Position numbers and translations under genes: made by a program. Below the pieces are notes generated by a model. It saw only the letters and a list, made by a program, of their open reading frames with translations, searched no databases and had not been told where the DNA came from. Shown one piece after another: positions 28,747-37,417 of a stretch of DNA of 38,603 bases (position 1 is its first letter; each line of letters starts with the position of its first letter). Source of the DNA: Deferrisomatales bacterium (lineage in GTDB: Bacteria > Desulfobacterota > Deferrisomatia > Deferrisomatales > JACRMM01); the NCBI GenBank assembly GCA_033551855.1, contig JAWSUI010000034.1, forward strand, positions 1-38,603, in the 5' to 3' direction.

Positions 28747-31535
28747 GGATCCCCTCGGCAACCTACCGGCTGCAGCTGCGGCCCGGCTTCGGGTTTTCGG
28801 AGGTGGCGGACCTCCTGGAGTACCTGCAGGCCCTGGGGATCACCGACCTCTACCTCTCCCCCATCTTCCGGGCGCGCCCCGGGAGCGCTCACGGCTACGA
28901 CGTGCTCGACCCCACCCGCCTCAACCCAGAGCTGGGCAGCCCCGAGGAATTCCGGGGGCTTGCCGAGGACCTGCGCCGCCGAGGTCTGGGCTGGCTCCAG
29001 GACATCGTCCCGAACCACATGGCCTACGACGGCCGAAACCCCTACCTGGCCGACGTCCTCGAGAGCGGGGAGCAGTCGGCATACCGGGACCTCTTCGACG
29101 TGGACTGGAACCCGCCCTTCGAGAGCCTGCGGGGCCGGGTGCTCGCCCCCTTGCTCGGCTCCTTCTACGGCCAGGCCCTGGAGAGTGGGGAAATCCGGGT
29201 CACTTACACGGAGGATGGGTTCCGGGTGACCTACTTCGACCAGGCATTCCCCCTGGCCATCGACTCGTACCCCGACCTCCTCGCCCCGGGGGTGCCGGGG
29301 CTTCGCCGGGCCCTCGGGGAGGACGACCCGGACTTCGTCCGGTACCTCGGAGTTCTCTACACCCTGCGCACCCTGGCCTCTTCCCGGGAGCTCGAGGAGC
29401 GGAGCGCCCAGGTGCGGTTCATCAAGCGGGTGCTCAGGGAGCTCTACCGGGGAAACCCCGAGGTGCGCCGGGCGTTGGACGGGGAGCTGGCGGCGATCAA
29501 CGGCCGGCCGGGGGAGCCGGAGAGCTTTCAGGGCCTGGACCGGCTCCTCTCGGGCCAGGGGTTCCGGCTGTGCTTCTGGAAGGTGGCCACCGAAGAGCTC
29601 AACTACCGGCGGTTCTTCAGCATCAACGAGCTCATCTCGGTGCGCGTGGAGCGCGAAGAGGTCTTTCGGGAGACCCACGCGTTGGTCCTGGACCTGGTTC
29701 GGCAGGGCATCGCCACCGGACTCCGGGTGGACCACGTGGACGGCCTGTACGACCCCGGAGCCTACCTGGAGCGGCTGCGGGGCGAGGCCCCCGAGGCCTA
29801 CGTGGTGGTGGAGAAGATCCTGGAGCCCGGGGAGGAGCTCCCTACCGCGTGGCCCGTCCAGGGCACCACCGGCTACGACTTCCTCAACTGCGTCAACGGC
29901 ATCTTCGTCGACCCCCGCAGCCGAAGGGCCTTCGACCGGCTCTACGCCAGCCTCCGCGGGGTGCGGGAGAGCCTTTCGGATCTCGTATACGCGAAGAAGA
30001 AGCTCCTCCTGTACAACCACATGGCGGGGGATCTGGACAACCTGGCCCGCCTCCTCAAGGAGATCTCGGCCTCCTACCGCCACGCCATCGACATCACCCT
30101 GTACGGCCTCAAGCGGGCCCTGGCGGAGGTGATGGCGGCCTTCCCCGTGTACCGCACCTACGGGGGGGGCTCTTGGCCCCGGGAGGCGGACCCCGCGTAC
30201 CTTCGGGAAGCCGTGAAGGGAGCGCGGGAGCGGTCCCCCGATCTCGTCAACGAACTGGGCTTCCTCGAGGGCTTCTTGCTCCTGGAGTTTCCGGCCTGGC
30301 TCCCGGAGGCCGACCGGGAACGCTGGACCCACTTCCTGAAGCGGTTCCAGCAGTACACCGGGCCGTTGACCGCCAAGGGGTTCGAGGACACGGTGCTCTA
30401 TGTCTTCAACCGCCTCCTGGCCCTCAACGAGGTGGGCGGCAGCCCGGAGCGGTTCGGAACGCCCGTGGAGGAGTTCCACAGGTTCAACCGACGGCGCCTC
30501 GAGACGTGGCCCCACGCGCTCAGCGCCACCGCCACCCACGACACCAAGCGGGGCGAGGACGTGCGCGCCCGCCTCGCGGTGCTCTCGGAGCTACCGGAGG
30601 AGTGGTCCGGGGCGGTGGGGAGCTGGCGGCGGCTCAACGCCCGGCTCCGCCGGGGCCGCAAGGGCCGCAAGCTCCCCGACCGCAACGACGAGTACGCCCT
30701 GTACCAGACCCTGGTGGGGGCGTGGCCGTTCCGCACAAGGGAAATTCCCGCCTTTCGCGAGCGACTGCGCAACTACCTGGTCAAGGCCGTGCGCGAGGCC
30801 AAGGTCCACACCGGCTGGCTCAAACCCAACGCCGAGTACGAAGAGGCTTACGTGGCCTTCGCGGAAGGGGCGCTCGACCCCGGGGGTGACTTCCTTCCGG
30901 AGTTCCTCCCCTTCCAGCGCCGGGTGGCCCACCACGGCGTGATCAACTCCTTGAGCCAGGTGCTCCTGAAGGCCGCTTCCCCGGGGGTTCCGGATTTCTA
31001 TCAGGGGACCGAGCTCTGGGACCTCTCCCTGGTGGACCCGGACAACCGCCGCCCGGTGGACTACGACCTGCGCCGGCGCCTCCTCGCCGACATGAGGGAC
31101 CGGTTCGAGGCCAACCCGCAACCCCTCCTGGCCGACCTCCTGGCCCACCCGGAGGACGGCCGCGTGAAGCTCTTCCTCACGTGGCGGGCCCTGGCGGCCC
31201 GAAAAGAGCACGGGGCCCTCTTTGAGCGGGGATCCTACCTGCCCGCGGAGACGGAGGGGGTCCACAAGGACCGAGCCCTGTCCTTCTGCCGCCGCAATGG
31301 GGACCACTGGGCCCTCGCGGTCGTGCCGCGTTTCAGCTCGGGGCTGGTGAAGGAGGGTTTCTGGCCCTTGGGGACGGCGGTCTGGGGAGACACCCGGCTG
31401 CGGCTCCCCCGGGGCGCCCCGGCCGCCTGGACCGACGCCGTCACGGGAACCCCCGTGTGTGCCGGGGAAGACATGCCGCTGGCGGCGGTCCTTGGGCGGT
31501 TCCCCGTAGCCCTCCTGGTGGGCAGCGGGTGCTGA
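28743..31535 (+). CDS. treY: malto-oligosyltrehalose synthase
   Basis: GTGA overlap. Motifs ATYRLQ, HGYDVLDP, DIVPNHM, LNYRRFF, LRVDHVDG, VVEKIL, THDTKRGED and SLVDPDNRRPVD. Confidence 0.95.
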   Translation: MRIPSATYRLQLRPGFGFSEVADLLEYLQALGITDLYLSPIFRARPGSAHGYDVLDPTRLNPELGSPEEFRGLAEDLRRRGLGWLQDIVPNHMAYDGRNPYLADVLESGEQSAYRDLFDVDWNPPFESLRGRVLAPLLGSFYGQALESGEIRVTYTEDGFRVTYFDQAFPLAIDSYPDLLAPGVPGLRRALGEDDPDFVRYLGVLYTLRTLASSRELEERSAQVRFIKRVLRELYRGNPEVRRALDGELAAINGRPGEPESFQGLDRLLSGQGFRLCFWKVATEELNYRRFFSINELISVRVEREEVFRETHALVLDLVRQGIATGLRVDHVDGLYDPGAYLERLRGEAPEAYVVVEKILEPGEELPTAWPVQGTTGYDFLNCVNGIFVDPRSRRAFDRLYASLRGVRESLSDLVYAKKKLLLYNHMAGDLDNLARLLKEISASYRHAIDITLYGLKRALAEVMAAFPVYRTYGGGSWPREADPAYLREAVKGARERSPDLVNELGFLEGFLLLEFPAWLPEADRERWTHFLKRFQQYTGPLTAKGFEDTVLYVFNRLLALNEVGGSPERFGTPVEEFHRFNRRRLETWPHALSATATHDTKRGEDVRARLAVLSELPEEWSGAVGSWRRLNARLRRGRKGRKLPDRNDEYALYQTLVGAWPFRTREIPAFRERLRNYLVKAVREAKVHTGWLKPNAEYEEAYVAFAEGALDPGGDFLPEFLPFQRRVAHHGVINSLSQVLLKAASPGVPDFYQGTELWDLSLVDPDNRRPVDYDLRRRLLADMRDRFEANPQPLLADLLAHPEDGRVKLFLTWRALAARKEHGALFERGSYLPAETEGVHKDRALSFCRRNGDHWALAVVPRFSSGLVKEGFWPLGTAVWGDTRLRLPRGAPAAWTDAVTGTPVCAGEDMPLAAVLGRFPVALLVGSGC

Positions 31536-31553
31536 GGGCCTGTGAAAGAATCG

Positions 31554-31762
31554 GGTTCTTCCGGTAAACGACCGGGTGGGCCCGCCCACTCCGGCAGACG
31601 AGGCCGGGCTGCACGGTAGGTGTTCTCCCCCGCCGCGTCCGGAATCCTCGCGGCATCGCGACTCCCGAAGCGGCTGCTCACGTCGAGCGGCCGTCCGCCT
31701 ACGTGGTCGGGCCCACCCGGTCGTCCCTGGACACGTGTACCCGGTCATTTCCCGGATGATCC
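31554..31762 (-). mobile_element. 209-bp MITE-like element, copy 2
   Basis: Bounded by GGTTCTTCCGG... and ...CCGGATGATCC. A perfect 8-bp direct repeat AAGAATCG flanks it at 31546-31553 and 31763-31770. Confidence 0.9.
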
Positions 31763-31884
31763 AAGAATCGTCGAGAGCAGACCGGAGCACAGGCTTGTGT
31801 GAGCGAACGACGAGACATATCCGGCGGATCGGCGAGGAGTGCGCGCGTGCGCAACGCAGCAGCCCGGTCGCGCAGCAGCTTGTT

Positions 31885-33108
31885 TCACGGGTAGGCTCTG
31901 AGGGCACCTCGAGCGGCTTCCGCCCCCCGGCTCACCCCCCACAGTTTGAGCCCCTGCCGAACGGCCTTCTCGGCCAGGAGAAAGGCGGCAGCGTTCCAGG
32001 ACTGTCCGGTCATGCCCAGGGGCTTCCCGTTCTGCCCGTGGAACCACTCGTAGAACCCCCACTGGCCGACCCGGTTGGCCTCGGCCAGGCGCGCGAGGGC
32101 GCCACGGGCCTCCTCGGCCCACCCGAGCCGCGCCAGCAGCAAGACCCAGAAGCCTCCCAGGAGGGGCCAGGCCCCACCGTTGTGGTATCGATGGGGCAGG
32201 TTCTGGAGATGGCGGCCCATGTACCGGCGCCACAGGGGACCCCCCTTCCGGATCGGCTCGAGCACGGACCGCACGGGCCACGGGTCCGAGACGGCCGCCT
32301 TGTCCAGGGCCTGCGCGATCTTCACCGCACGGGAGGTGTCGGCGAGACCGGTGAGCGCGGCCAGGAGGTTGCCGAAGACGTCGCCCTCCTCACCCCAGAA
32401 GGAGAAGTTCACGAAGCTCAGGTACAGATCCGAGGGCTTTGCCCGGTTGCGCACGTAGTGGACCAGGAGTCGAGTGCGCCGGTGGCTGGGAACCGCGTTC
32501 CCAAATGGGAAAAAGAGGAAATTGGCTGTCTCCCGGGTCTGCTCCGCCCCCGTCAGGCCATAGAGGCGCTTCACCCAGTACCACAGGGCATTGGAGTAGA
32601 GCACGAACCCCGACCGCGGCATGATGTCGGCCCAGTCGCTGGCCTCGTTCTGCTGCAGCAGCCCGGTTGCCGGGTGCTCCTGGCACCGGAGCCAGCGGAG
32701 CGCCCGCTGCGTCTCTTCCCGCAGCTCGGCGCCCAGACTCGGAGAGAGCCCCAGGCGCTCCCCCAGCCGCACGGCCACCAGCCACCACAGGGTCGCGTCG
32801 ATGCACCCCCCATACCAGAAGTCCGCCTCCCCCGTCTCCGGGCGCACGAACTTCGGGATCTGGCCATTGGGGGCCTGGCCGCGGGCCAGCGTCCGCAGCC
32901 CCGCCTCAGCGGCGCCTCGAAGCTCCGGCTGCCCCGATACCGCGGCTCCCAGCGCGCAGAGGGCGGCGTCGCGGCCGAACACTGCGTCGTAGTTCCTGCT
33001 CTCGGCTCGGCGGCCGAAGCGGCACGCACGCACCCCCGAGGGAGTGGCGTTCTCCCCCAGGAGCTCCACGGAACGGCGAACGGCTTCGGTGATCAACAGA
33101 TCGGGCAC
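31885..33108 (-). CDS. glycoside hydrolase family 100-like / (alpha/alpha)6 amylo-alpha-1,6-glucosidase-like protein
   Basis: Motifs NYDAVFGRDA, GQIP, DATLWW, DWADIM, YHNGGAWP, FYEWFHG and QSWNAA resemble alkaline/neutral invertase and GDE C-terminal domains. Confidence 0.75.
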   Translation of the reverse strand: MPDLLITEAVRRSVELLGENATPSGVRACRFGRRAESRNYDAVFGRDAALCALGAAVSGQPELRGAAEAGLRTLARGQAPNGQIPKFVRPETGEADFWYGGCIDATLWWLVAVRLGERLGLSPSLGAELREETQRALRWLRCQEHPATGLLQQNEASDWADIMPRSGFVLYSNALWYWVKRLYGLTGAEQTRETANFLFFPFGNAVPSHRRTRLLVHYVRNRAKPSDLYLSFVNFSFWGEEGDVFGNLLAALTGLADTSRAVKIAQALDKAAVSDPWPVRSVLEPIRKGGPLWRRYMGRHLQNLPHRYHNGGAWPLLGGFWVLLLARLGWAEEARGALARLAEANRVGQWGFYEWFHGQNGKPLGMTGQSWNAAAFLLAEKAVRQGLKLWGVSRGAEAARGALRAYP

Positions 33109-33340
33109 GGTGCCTTCGACCGACGAACGGGTGCGCAGATTCTCATCCTAGCACGGCCCACCCGCGCAGCCACCTTCCTCGATTCTCGATCTTCAAGACC
33201 CGATCCTCTCGGATGCCCGGGAAGCGAAGTGGTGGCTCCTCGGCCCCGCTCCCCCACCGCCGCGGATTTCCGGTCGAACCCCAAGGGCTCCCCGGCCCCG
33301 GGCACGTGCCGGACGGTGGATCTTGCAAACGAAGGTTTCA

Positions 33341-33369
33341 TTGCATTTCCACCAAACGTCCGGTAGAAT
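33341..33369 (+). promoter_or_regulatory. sigma70-type promoter for the small ORF
   Basis: TTGCAT, 17-bp spacer, TAGAAT, in an AT-rich patch. Confidence 0.65.
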
Positions 33370-33425
33370 GCGTTCTCGCAGCCTGGCGCACGGCCGGCGT
33401 TCCCCGGGGGAAGAGGGAGGTGCCC

Positions 33426-33581
33426 ATGACGGCACAGGACAAGGCGGCGAGGCAACGGGTGATTCGGGAGTACAACAAGCGTGTGGACTTCCATCGTGCG
33501 ATCCACCGGGACCTGGACGACGGGGCGTTGATCGCCCTGTGCGAGTCCTACCGTGACGAGGGGCCGGAAGAGACTCCCTGA
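33426..33581 (+). CDS. small hypothetical protein (51 aa)
   Basis: GGGAGG RBS 5 nt before the ATG, upstream promoter and downstream hairpin. Sequence MTAQDKAARQRVIREYNKRVDFHRAIHRDLDDGALIALCESYRDEGPEETP. Confidence 0.65.
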   Translation: MTAQDKAARQRVIREYNKRVDFHRAIHRDLDDGALIALCESYRDEGPEETP

Positions 33582-33598
33582 CGTCCTTCCGGCCCCCC

Positions 33599-33636
33599 CG
33601 AACGGAGGCCGCCTCGAGAGAGGCGGCCTCCGTTCG
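33599..33636 (+). terminator. strong hairpin, probably a terminator between convergent genes
   Basis: 17-bp perfect stem CGAACGGAGGCCGCCTC/GAGGCGGCCTCCGTTCG with a GAGA tetraloop. The U-tract is weak. Confidence 0.6.
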
Positions 33637-33707
33637 TCTCGGCTTCTGGTGACTTCCCCCCCCGGACGGCTCTTCGCGCCCCATAAGGAAACTCACCTTC
33701 CTTGCAT

Positions 33708-33743
33708 CCCCTCTCCCCCCGGGAGAGGGGCCTGGGGTGAGGG
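33708..33743. repeat. extragenic palindrome CCCCTCTCCC-NNN-GGGAGAGGGG...GGGGTGAGGG
   Basis: 10-bp stem followed by a GGGGTGAGGG tail. It resembles a widespread proteobacterial extragenic repeat type. Confidence 0.5.
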
Positions 33744-33803
33744 AGACCGGCCCGCGACCGGTCGGCGTTTCATCCCTCGGGTGACCCGAAGGTCATGGGC
33801 AAC

Positions 33804-35288
33804 TCACTCCCCCTTGGCGGCGGTGGCCTCCAGGAATCGGAGCCAGTCCGCCATCTCCCGCAGGTTCTCGGAGAGGTAGTAACGTCCGTTGGCGAACACC
33901 CCGTAATCCGCCCCCCCCATCGCCGAGGCGAACCGCGTGGAGTTGGCATAGAAGAGCCACTGCTTGACCCACTTCCGCTCCAGGGGCTCGTCGAAGGGGC
34001 TGGCACCCTGGGCAGGGCCGGAGGCCAGCCCCTTGTCCCAGGCCGAGAGGAGGACCTGGGTGGCGGACAGGGTCATGGCGTTCGTGGTCTCCACCGCCCG
34101 CTCCAGCCTCTCGAAATGCCCGTCGCTCCACTGGCGGCTGTGACAGGCCCCGCACACCCCCTGCATGGCCTCCCGGCGGGCCGCCTGCTCCTCCTTGCCG
34201 ATGAGGTACTCGGTCGCCGGCTCCCCGGTGAGCTCGGTGGGAAGCGGCAGCCCCGCCCGGTTTCGGATGACCGTGGTGTCCGCCGAGAGGGGGTGGGGGT
34301 GAGCGTAGACGAGCCCGAAGAGCCTCCAGGAGGACCGGTCGTTCATCCGGTGGGTCCGCTGGGCGAGGACCTCGCCGCTGCTGACGAGGAGACTCACGTG
34401 ACAGGTGGCGCAGGTGGGCGCCGTGAAGTGGGTGCCGGGCTCCCAGGGCACGGCGTCGAAGTCCCACTTGCCCGCCAGGGAGTTATAGATGTTGCCGTGT
34501 TTGCTCACCTCGTACACGGGATAGGCGGGGACGTCCGGCCCCTTGTGGCACTGGGAGCAGGTGGCGGGCTTGCGGGCCATCTCGATGGAGAACTGGTGCC
34601 GCGTGTGGCAGGCGCTGCACGCGCCCAGGCTCCCGTCCGGGTTCACCCGCCCCACCCCCTGGTTCGGCCACCCCGAGAGGACCGGAAATTCCATCTCACC
34701 CATGGCGGTTTCCCGGGGGGCGACGGCCCCCGCCTCCACTCGGGTCCCGTGGCAGGAGAGGCACGAGTCCGCGTCGGTGAGGGGGTCCGAGGGGTGGGCC
34801 GCGAGCTTGCCGTCCTCGACGGTCTGCAGCCCATTGACGGCCTCGATCAGGTGCGCGTAGAGCGCGTTGCCCATCAGGTTGCCGTGGGCGTTGGCCATGA
34901 GGTTCTCGGCGTACTCCCCGCGCTCCACCGGGTGGCACGCCGCACAGTCTTCGGGAGTCACGACGATGTGGACCCGGTACCCGTGGTGGTCGAAGCTGTC
35001 CGGGTGGGCATCGGGATTTCGGGTGTGGCACTCGGCACACCCCACGACCACGTCCGCCGTTCCGGGGGGGGCCGCCGGTGCAGAGAAACGCCGGGCCAGG
35101 GGCTCGCGCTCCAGCGCCTGCGCCGGTGTCACCCGGGAGTGCCGGCTGGCCTTCCAGTCCCCCACGATCCCCGGGGTCACCTCCCCGTGGCACACGAGGC
35201 ACGCCTCCGTGTCGCCGCTCACCGGCGCCGCTGCGGCGACGCCCGCGGCGGCGAGGAGCACCACCAACCATCCCAGCGCCCTCACCAT
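33804..35288 (-). CDS. octaheme c-type cytochrome, hydroxylamine oxidoreductase (HAO) family
   Basis: GGAGG RBS and a signal peptide (MVRALGWLVVLLAAAGVAAA). Eight CxxCH motifs: CLVCH, CAECH, CAACH, CLSCH, CSACH, CSQCH, CATCH, CGACH. HAO-like GRVNPDGSLGACSACHTRHQFS and SKHG. Confidence 0.88.
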   Translation of the reverse strand: MVRALGWLVVLLAAAGVAAAAPVSGDTEACLVCHGEVTPGIVGDWKASRHSRVTPAQALEREPLARRFSAPAAPPGTADVVVGCAECHTRNPDAHPDSFDHHGYRVHIVVTPEDCAACHPVERGEYAENLMANAHGNLMGNALYAHLIEAVNGLQTVEDGKLAAHPSDPLTDADSCLSCHGTRVEAGAVAPRETAMGEMEFPVLSGWPNQGVGRVNPDGSLGACSACHTRHQFSIEMARKPATCSQCHKGPDVPAYPVYEVSKHGNIYNSLAGKWDFDAVPWEPGTHFTAPTCATCHVSLLVSSGEVLAQRTHRMNDRSSWRLFGLVYAHPHPLSADTTVIRNRAGLPLPTELTGEPATEYLIGKEEQAARREAMQGVCGACHSRQWSDGHFERLERAVETTNAMTLSATQVLLSAWDKGLASGPAQGASPFDEPLERKWVKQWLFYANSTRFASAMGGADYGVFANGRYYLSENLREMADWLRFLEATAAKGE

Positions 35289-35323
35289 CGTCCCTCCCTC
35301 CTCTCCCCCCGGCAACCCCCCGG

Positions 35324-35671
35324 TCAGTAGCCCCGCCCACCGCTCTCGATGGCGGTCACCCGGCCGTCCTCCAGCCGGACCACGTAGTAGAACCGATGGG
35401 GCCCGAAGTTGTGCGTCCACTCTTCCGCCTCCACGGTGGTCCGAAGCTCCCGCAGGGCCTTCCGCCCCGGTTCCCAGACCAGGACCGCCCGCTCGCGGGT
35501 GCGGGCCTCCACGTGATCGGGCTCGCCACACCGCTGGAGCAAATCGAAATGCCGGTCCCCCACCGCCACCACGTCGGCACCGCAGCGCAGATACCGGGCA
35601 TCGGCCCCGAGGGGCCGCGCAGCAGCACACACCACCAGGAACAGGCACACGACGAGATTTCGACGGAACAT
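35324..35671 (-). CDS. DUF2845-like secreted protein
   Basis: Signal peptide followed by LRCG..V.VGD....LLQRCGEP and EEWTHNFGP..F....LEDGRVTAI. Confidence 0.7.
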   Translation of the reverse strand: MFRRNLVVCLFLVVCAAARPLGADARYLRCGADVVAVGDRHFDLLQRCGEPDHVEARTRERAVLVWEPGRKALRELRTTVEAEEWTHNFGPHRFYYVVRLEDGRVTAIESGGRGY

Positions 35672-35828
35672 GGGGAGGCCTTGTCGCGCCCCCTCCCCGA
35701 GGTGGCGTCGCCCCGACGAGGGGCACGGACCGGGAAAGATCGGGATGCCGCACGGTCCCTCGGGCAACAGGGTACCCGAGACACGTTTTCTCGCAAGTCG
35801 AAGGGGAAAGAAGCGGCTCTGCGGACGC

Positions 35829-36587
35829 CTACCGGTCGCAGTGGCAGCAGAGCTCGAGGACGGTTTGGGCCAACTCCGGGAGAACCGTTCCGGCCGGCCC
35901 CTCGAGGTAGACGTCCGTCACGCCCCGGGTGAGCTGGGAGGGCTCGAGGTTCACCTCCACCACCAGGGCGCCGTTGCGCCGGGCGACCCAGGGCATCTCG
36001 TTGGCGGGAGCGACCTCGGCCGAGGTGCCCACGACCAGCATCACCCGGCACCCGCCCGCCAGCCGGTAGCTCTCTTCGAGGGCGGCCTCGGGGATCCTCT
36101 CCTCGAAGAAGACGACGTCGGGCTTGAGGAGCTGCCGGCAATCGCACGGGGGAGGAATGCCTCGGGCCCGGGCCTCGGCGCGGTGGAAGCGCCGCCCGCA
36201 GGCGAGACAGGTCAGGGTCCGGTGGGAACCGTGGAACTCCACCACCCGGCGGCTCCCGGCCTCCTGGTGGAGGCCGTCGATGTTCTGTGTGATCACGCCG
36301 TCGACGAGCCCCACCTCCTCCAAGAGGGCCAAAGCCCGGTGGCCGGGGTTGGGTCGAGCGGCGTCGAGCACCTCCTCCATCGCGGCGAGCATGCGCCAGA
36401 CCCGCGCCGGGTCTCGCCGGAAGGCGCTCAGGGTCGCGTAGTCCTGGGGCGGGTAGCGGGTCCAGAGCCCGCCGGCGCTGCGAAAGTCGGGTATGCCGCT
36501 CTCCACGCTGATCCCCGCCCCGGTGAGCACGGCCACCCGGCCCCGGCGGGCGATGCCTTCCGCGGCCCTCTCGAGCTCCCGCCTCAC
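35829..36587 (-). CDS. cobB: NAD-dependent protein deacylase (Sir2 family)
   Basis: Motifs TGAGISVESGIPDFR, PNPGH, ITQNIDGLHQEAG, EFHGS, KPDVVFF, VGTS and EVN. Confidence 0.92.
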   Translation of the reverse strand: MRRELERAAEGIARRGRVAVLTGAGISVESGIPDFRSAGGLWTRYPPQDYATLSAFRRDPARVWRMLAAMEEVLDAARPNPGHRALALLEEVGLVDGVITQNIDGLHQEAGSRRVVEFHGSHRTLTCLACGRRFHRAEARARGIPPPCDCRQLLKPDVVFFEERIPEAALEESYRLAGGCRVMLVVGTSAEVAPANEMPWVARRNGALVVEVNLEPSQLTRGVTDVYLEGPAGTVLPELAQTVLELCCHCDR

Positions 36588-37417
36588 GTCTGGTCACCCC
36601 CCCTGAAAGCCTCCACGCGAGCCCGGATCTCTCTCAGCCGCCCCTTGAACCGCGGCCCGGAGGGCAGGATCCTCCCCACGAAGTGATCGCGCATCACCTC
36701 CTCCGACCAGCGGGGCCTGGCGCCGGGAACCGGCCGAAACCACCGTGCCCCCCCGGCCCCGCCCTCCCAGCGGCCCGGGAGGTCGCACAGGACACAGCGG
36801 GCACCCCCGTCCCCGGCCTCCGTCACGAGGTCCAGGCGGCACACGGGGCACGCCCCGCCCGTCCCCCGGTACCCCGTCTCGCCCCTGCCCAGGGCCCTTC
36901 CGGCCTCCGTTGCCCGGCGGCACGCCGCCTCGTCGTCCAGGATCTCCCCGGGGCCCTGGGCATAGCCCACGAACTGGTCCACCACGGGCATGCCCAGGAA
37001 GAGGAAGGTCAGGGACACCTGGGAAAGGGCGAAGGGCTCCCAGCCCCGGACTCCCGCGGCCGCCAGGGCCACGCCGGGCTTGCCGACGAACTCCCGGGAG
37101 ACTCCGAAGCGGATGAGCCGGTCCTGGAGGTTCTTCACCGCAGCGGTTGCCCCCAGGACGTAGGTGGGCGAACCGAGCACCACGGCGTCGGCCCACCGAA
37201 GCGCCTGGAGCAGCTCCGGCAGGCGGTCGTCCTGCACGCAGTCCAGGTTCTTGAAGACGCAGGCCATGCACCCCACACAGGGCCTCAGCTCGAGGTCGGT
37301 GAGGCGGACGAAAAGAGCCTCGCCGCCCTCCCCCCGGGCACCGCGCAGGCAGTGGTGCACCAGCAGGTCGGTGTTGCCCCATGAGCGGGCGCTGGCGCTG
37401 ATACCGAGAACCTTCAC
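36584..37417 (-). CDS. iron-sulfur flavoprotein / flavodoxin-family protein with C-terminal Cys motifs
   Basis: Motifs LGISASAR..GNT, CVGCMACVFKNLDC (Cx2Cx2Cx6C) and ADAVVLGSPTY, with extra CPVC...CVLC. Confidence 0.8.
   Translation of the reverse strand: MKVLGISASARSWGNTDLLVHHCLRGARGEGGEALFVRLTDLELRPCVGCMACVFKNLDCVQDDRLPELLQALRWADAVVLGSPTYVLGATAAVKNLQDRLIRFGVSREFVGKPGVALAAAGVRGWEPFALSQVSLTFLFLGMPVVDQFVGYAQGPGEILDDEAACRRATEAGRALGRGETGYRGTGGACPVCRLDLVTEAGDGGARCVLCDLPGRWEGGAGGARWFRPVPGARPRWSEEVMRDHFVGRILPSGPRFKGRLREIRARVEAFRGGDQT

Noticed and set aside
6399..36587. NAD-metabolism theme (NadB-like flavoprotein, PncA, sirtuin)
   Set aside because: The genes are many kb apart in different operons, with no evidence of linkage.
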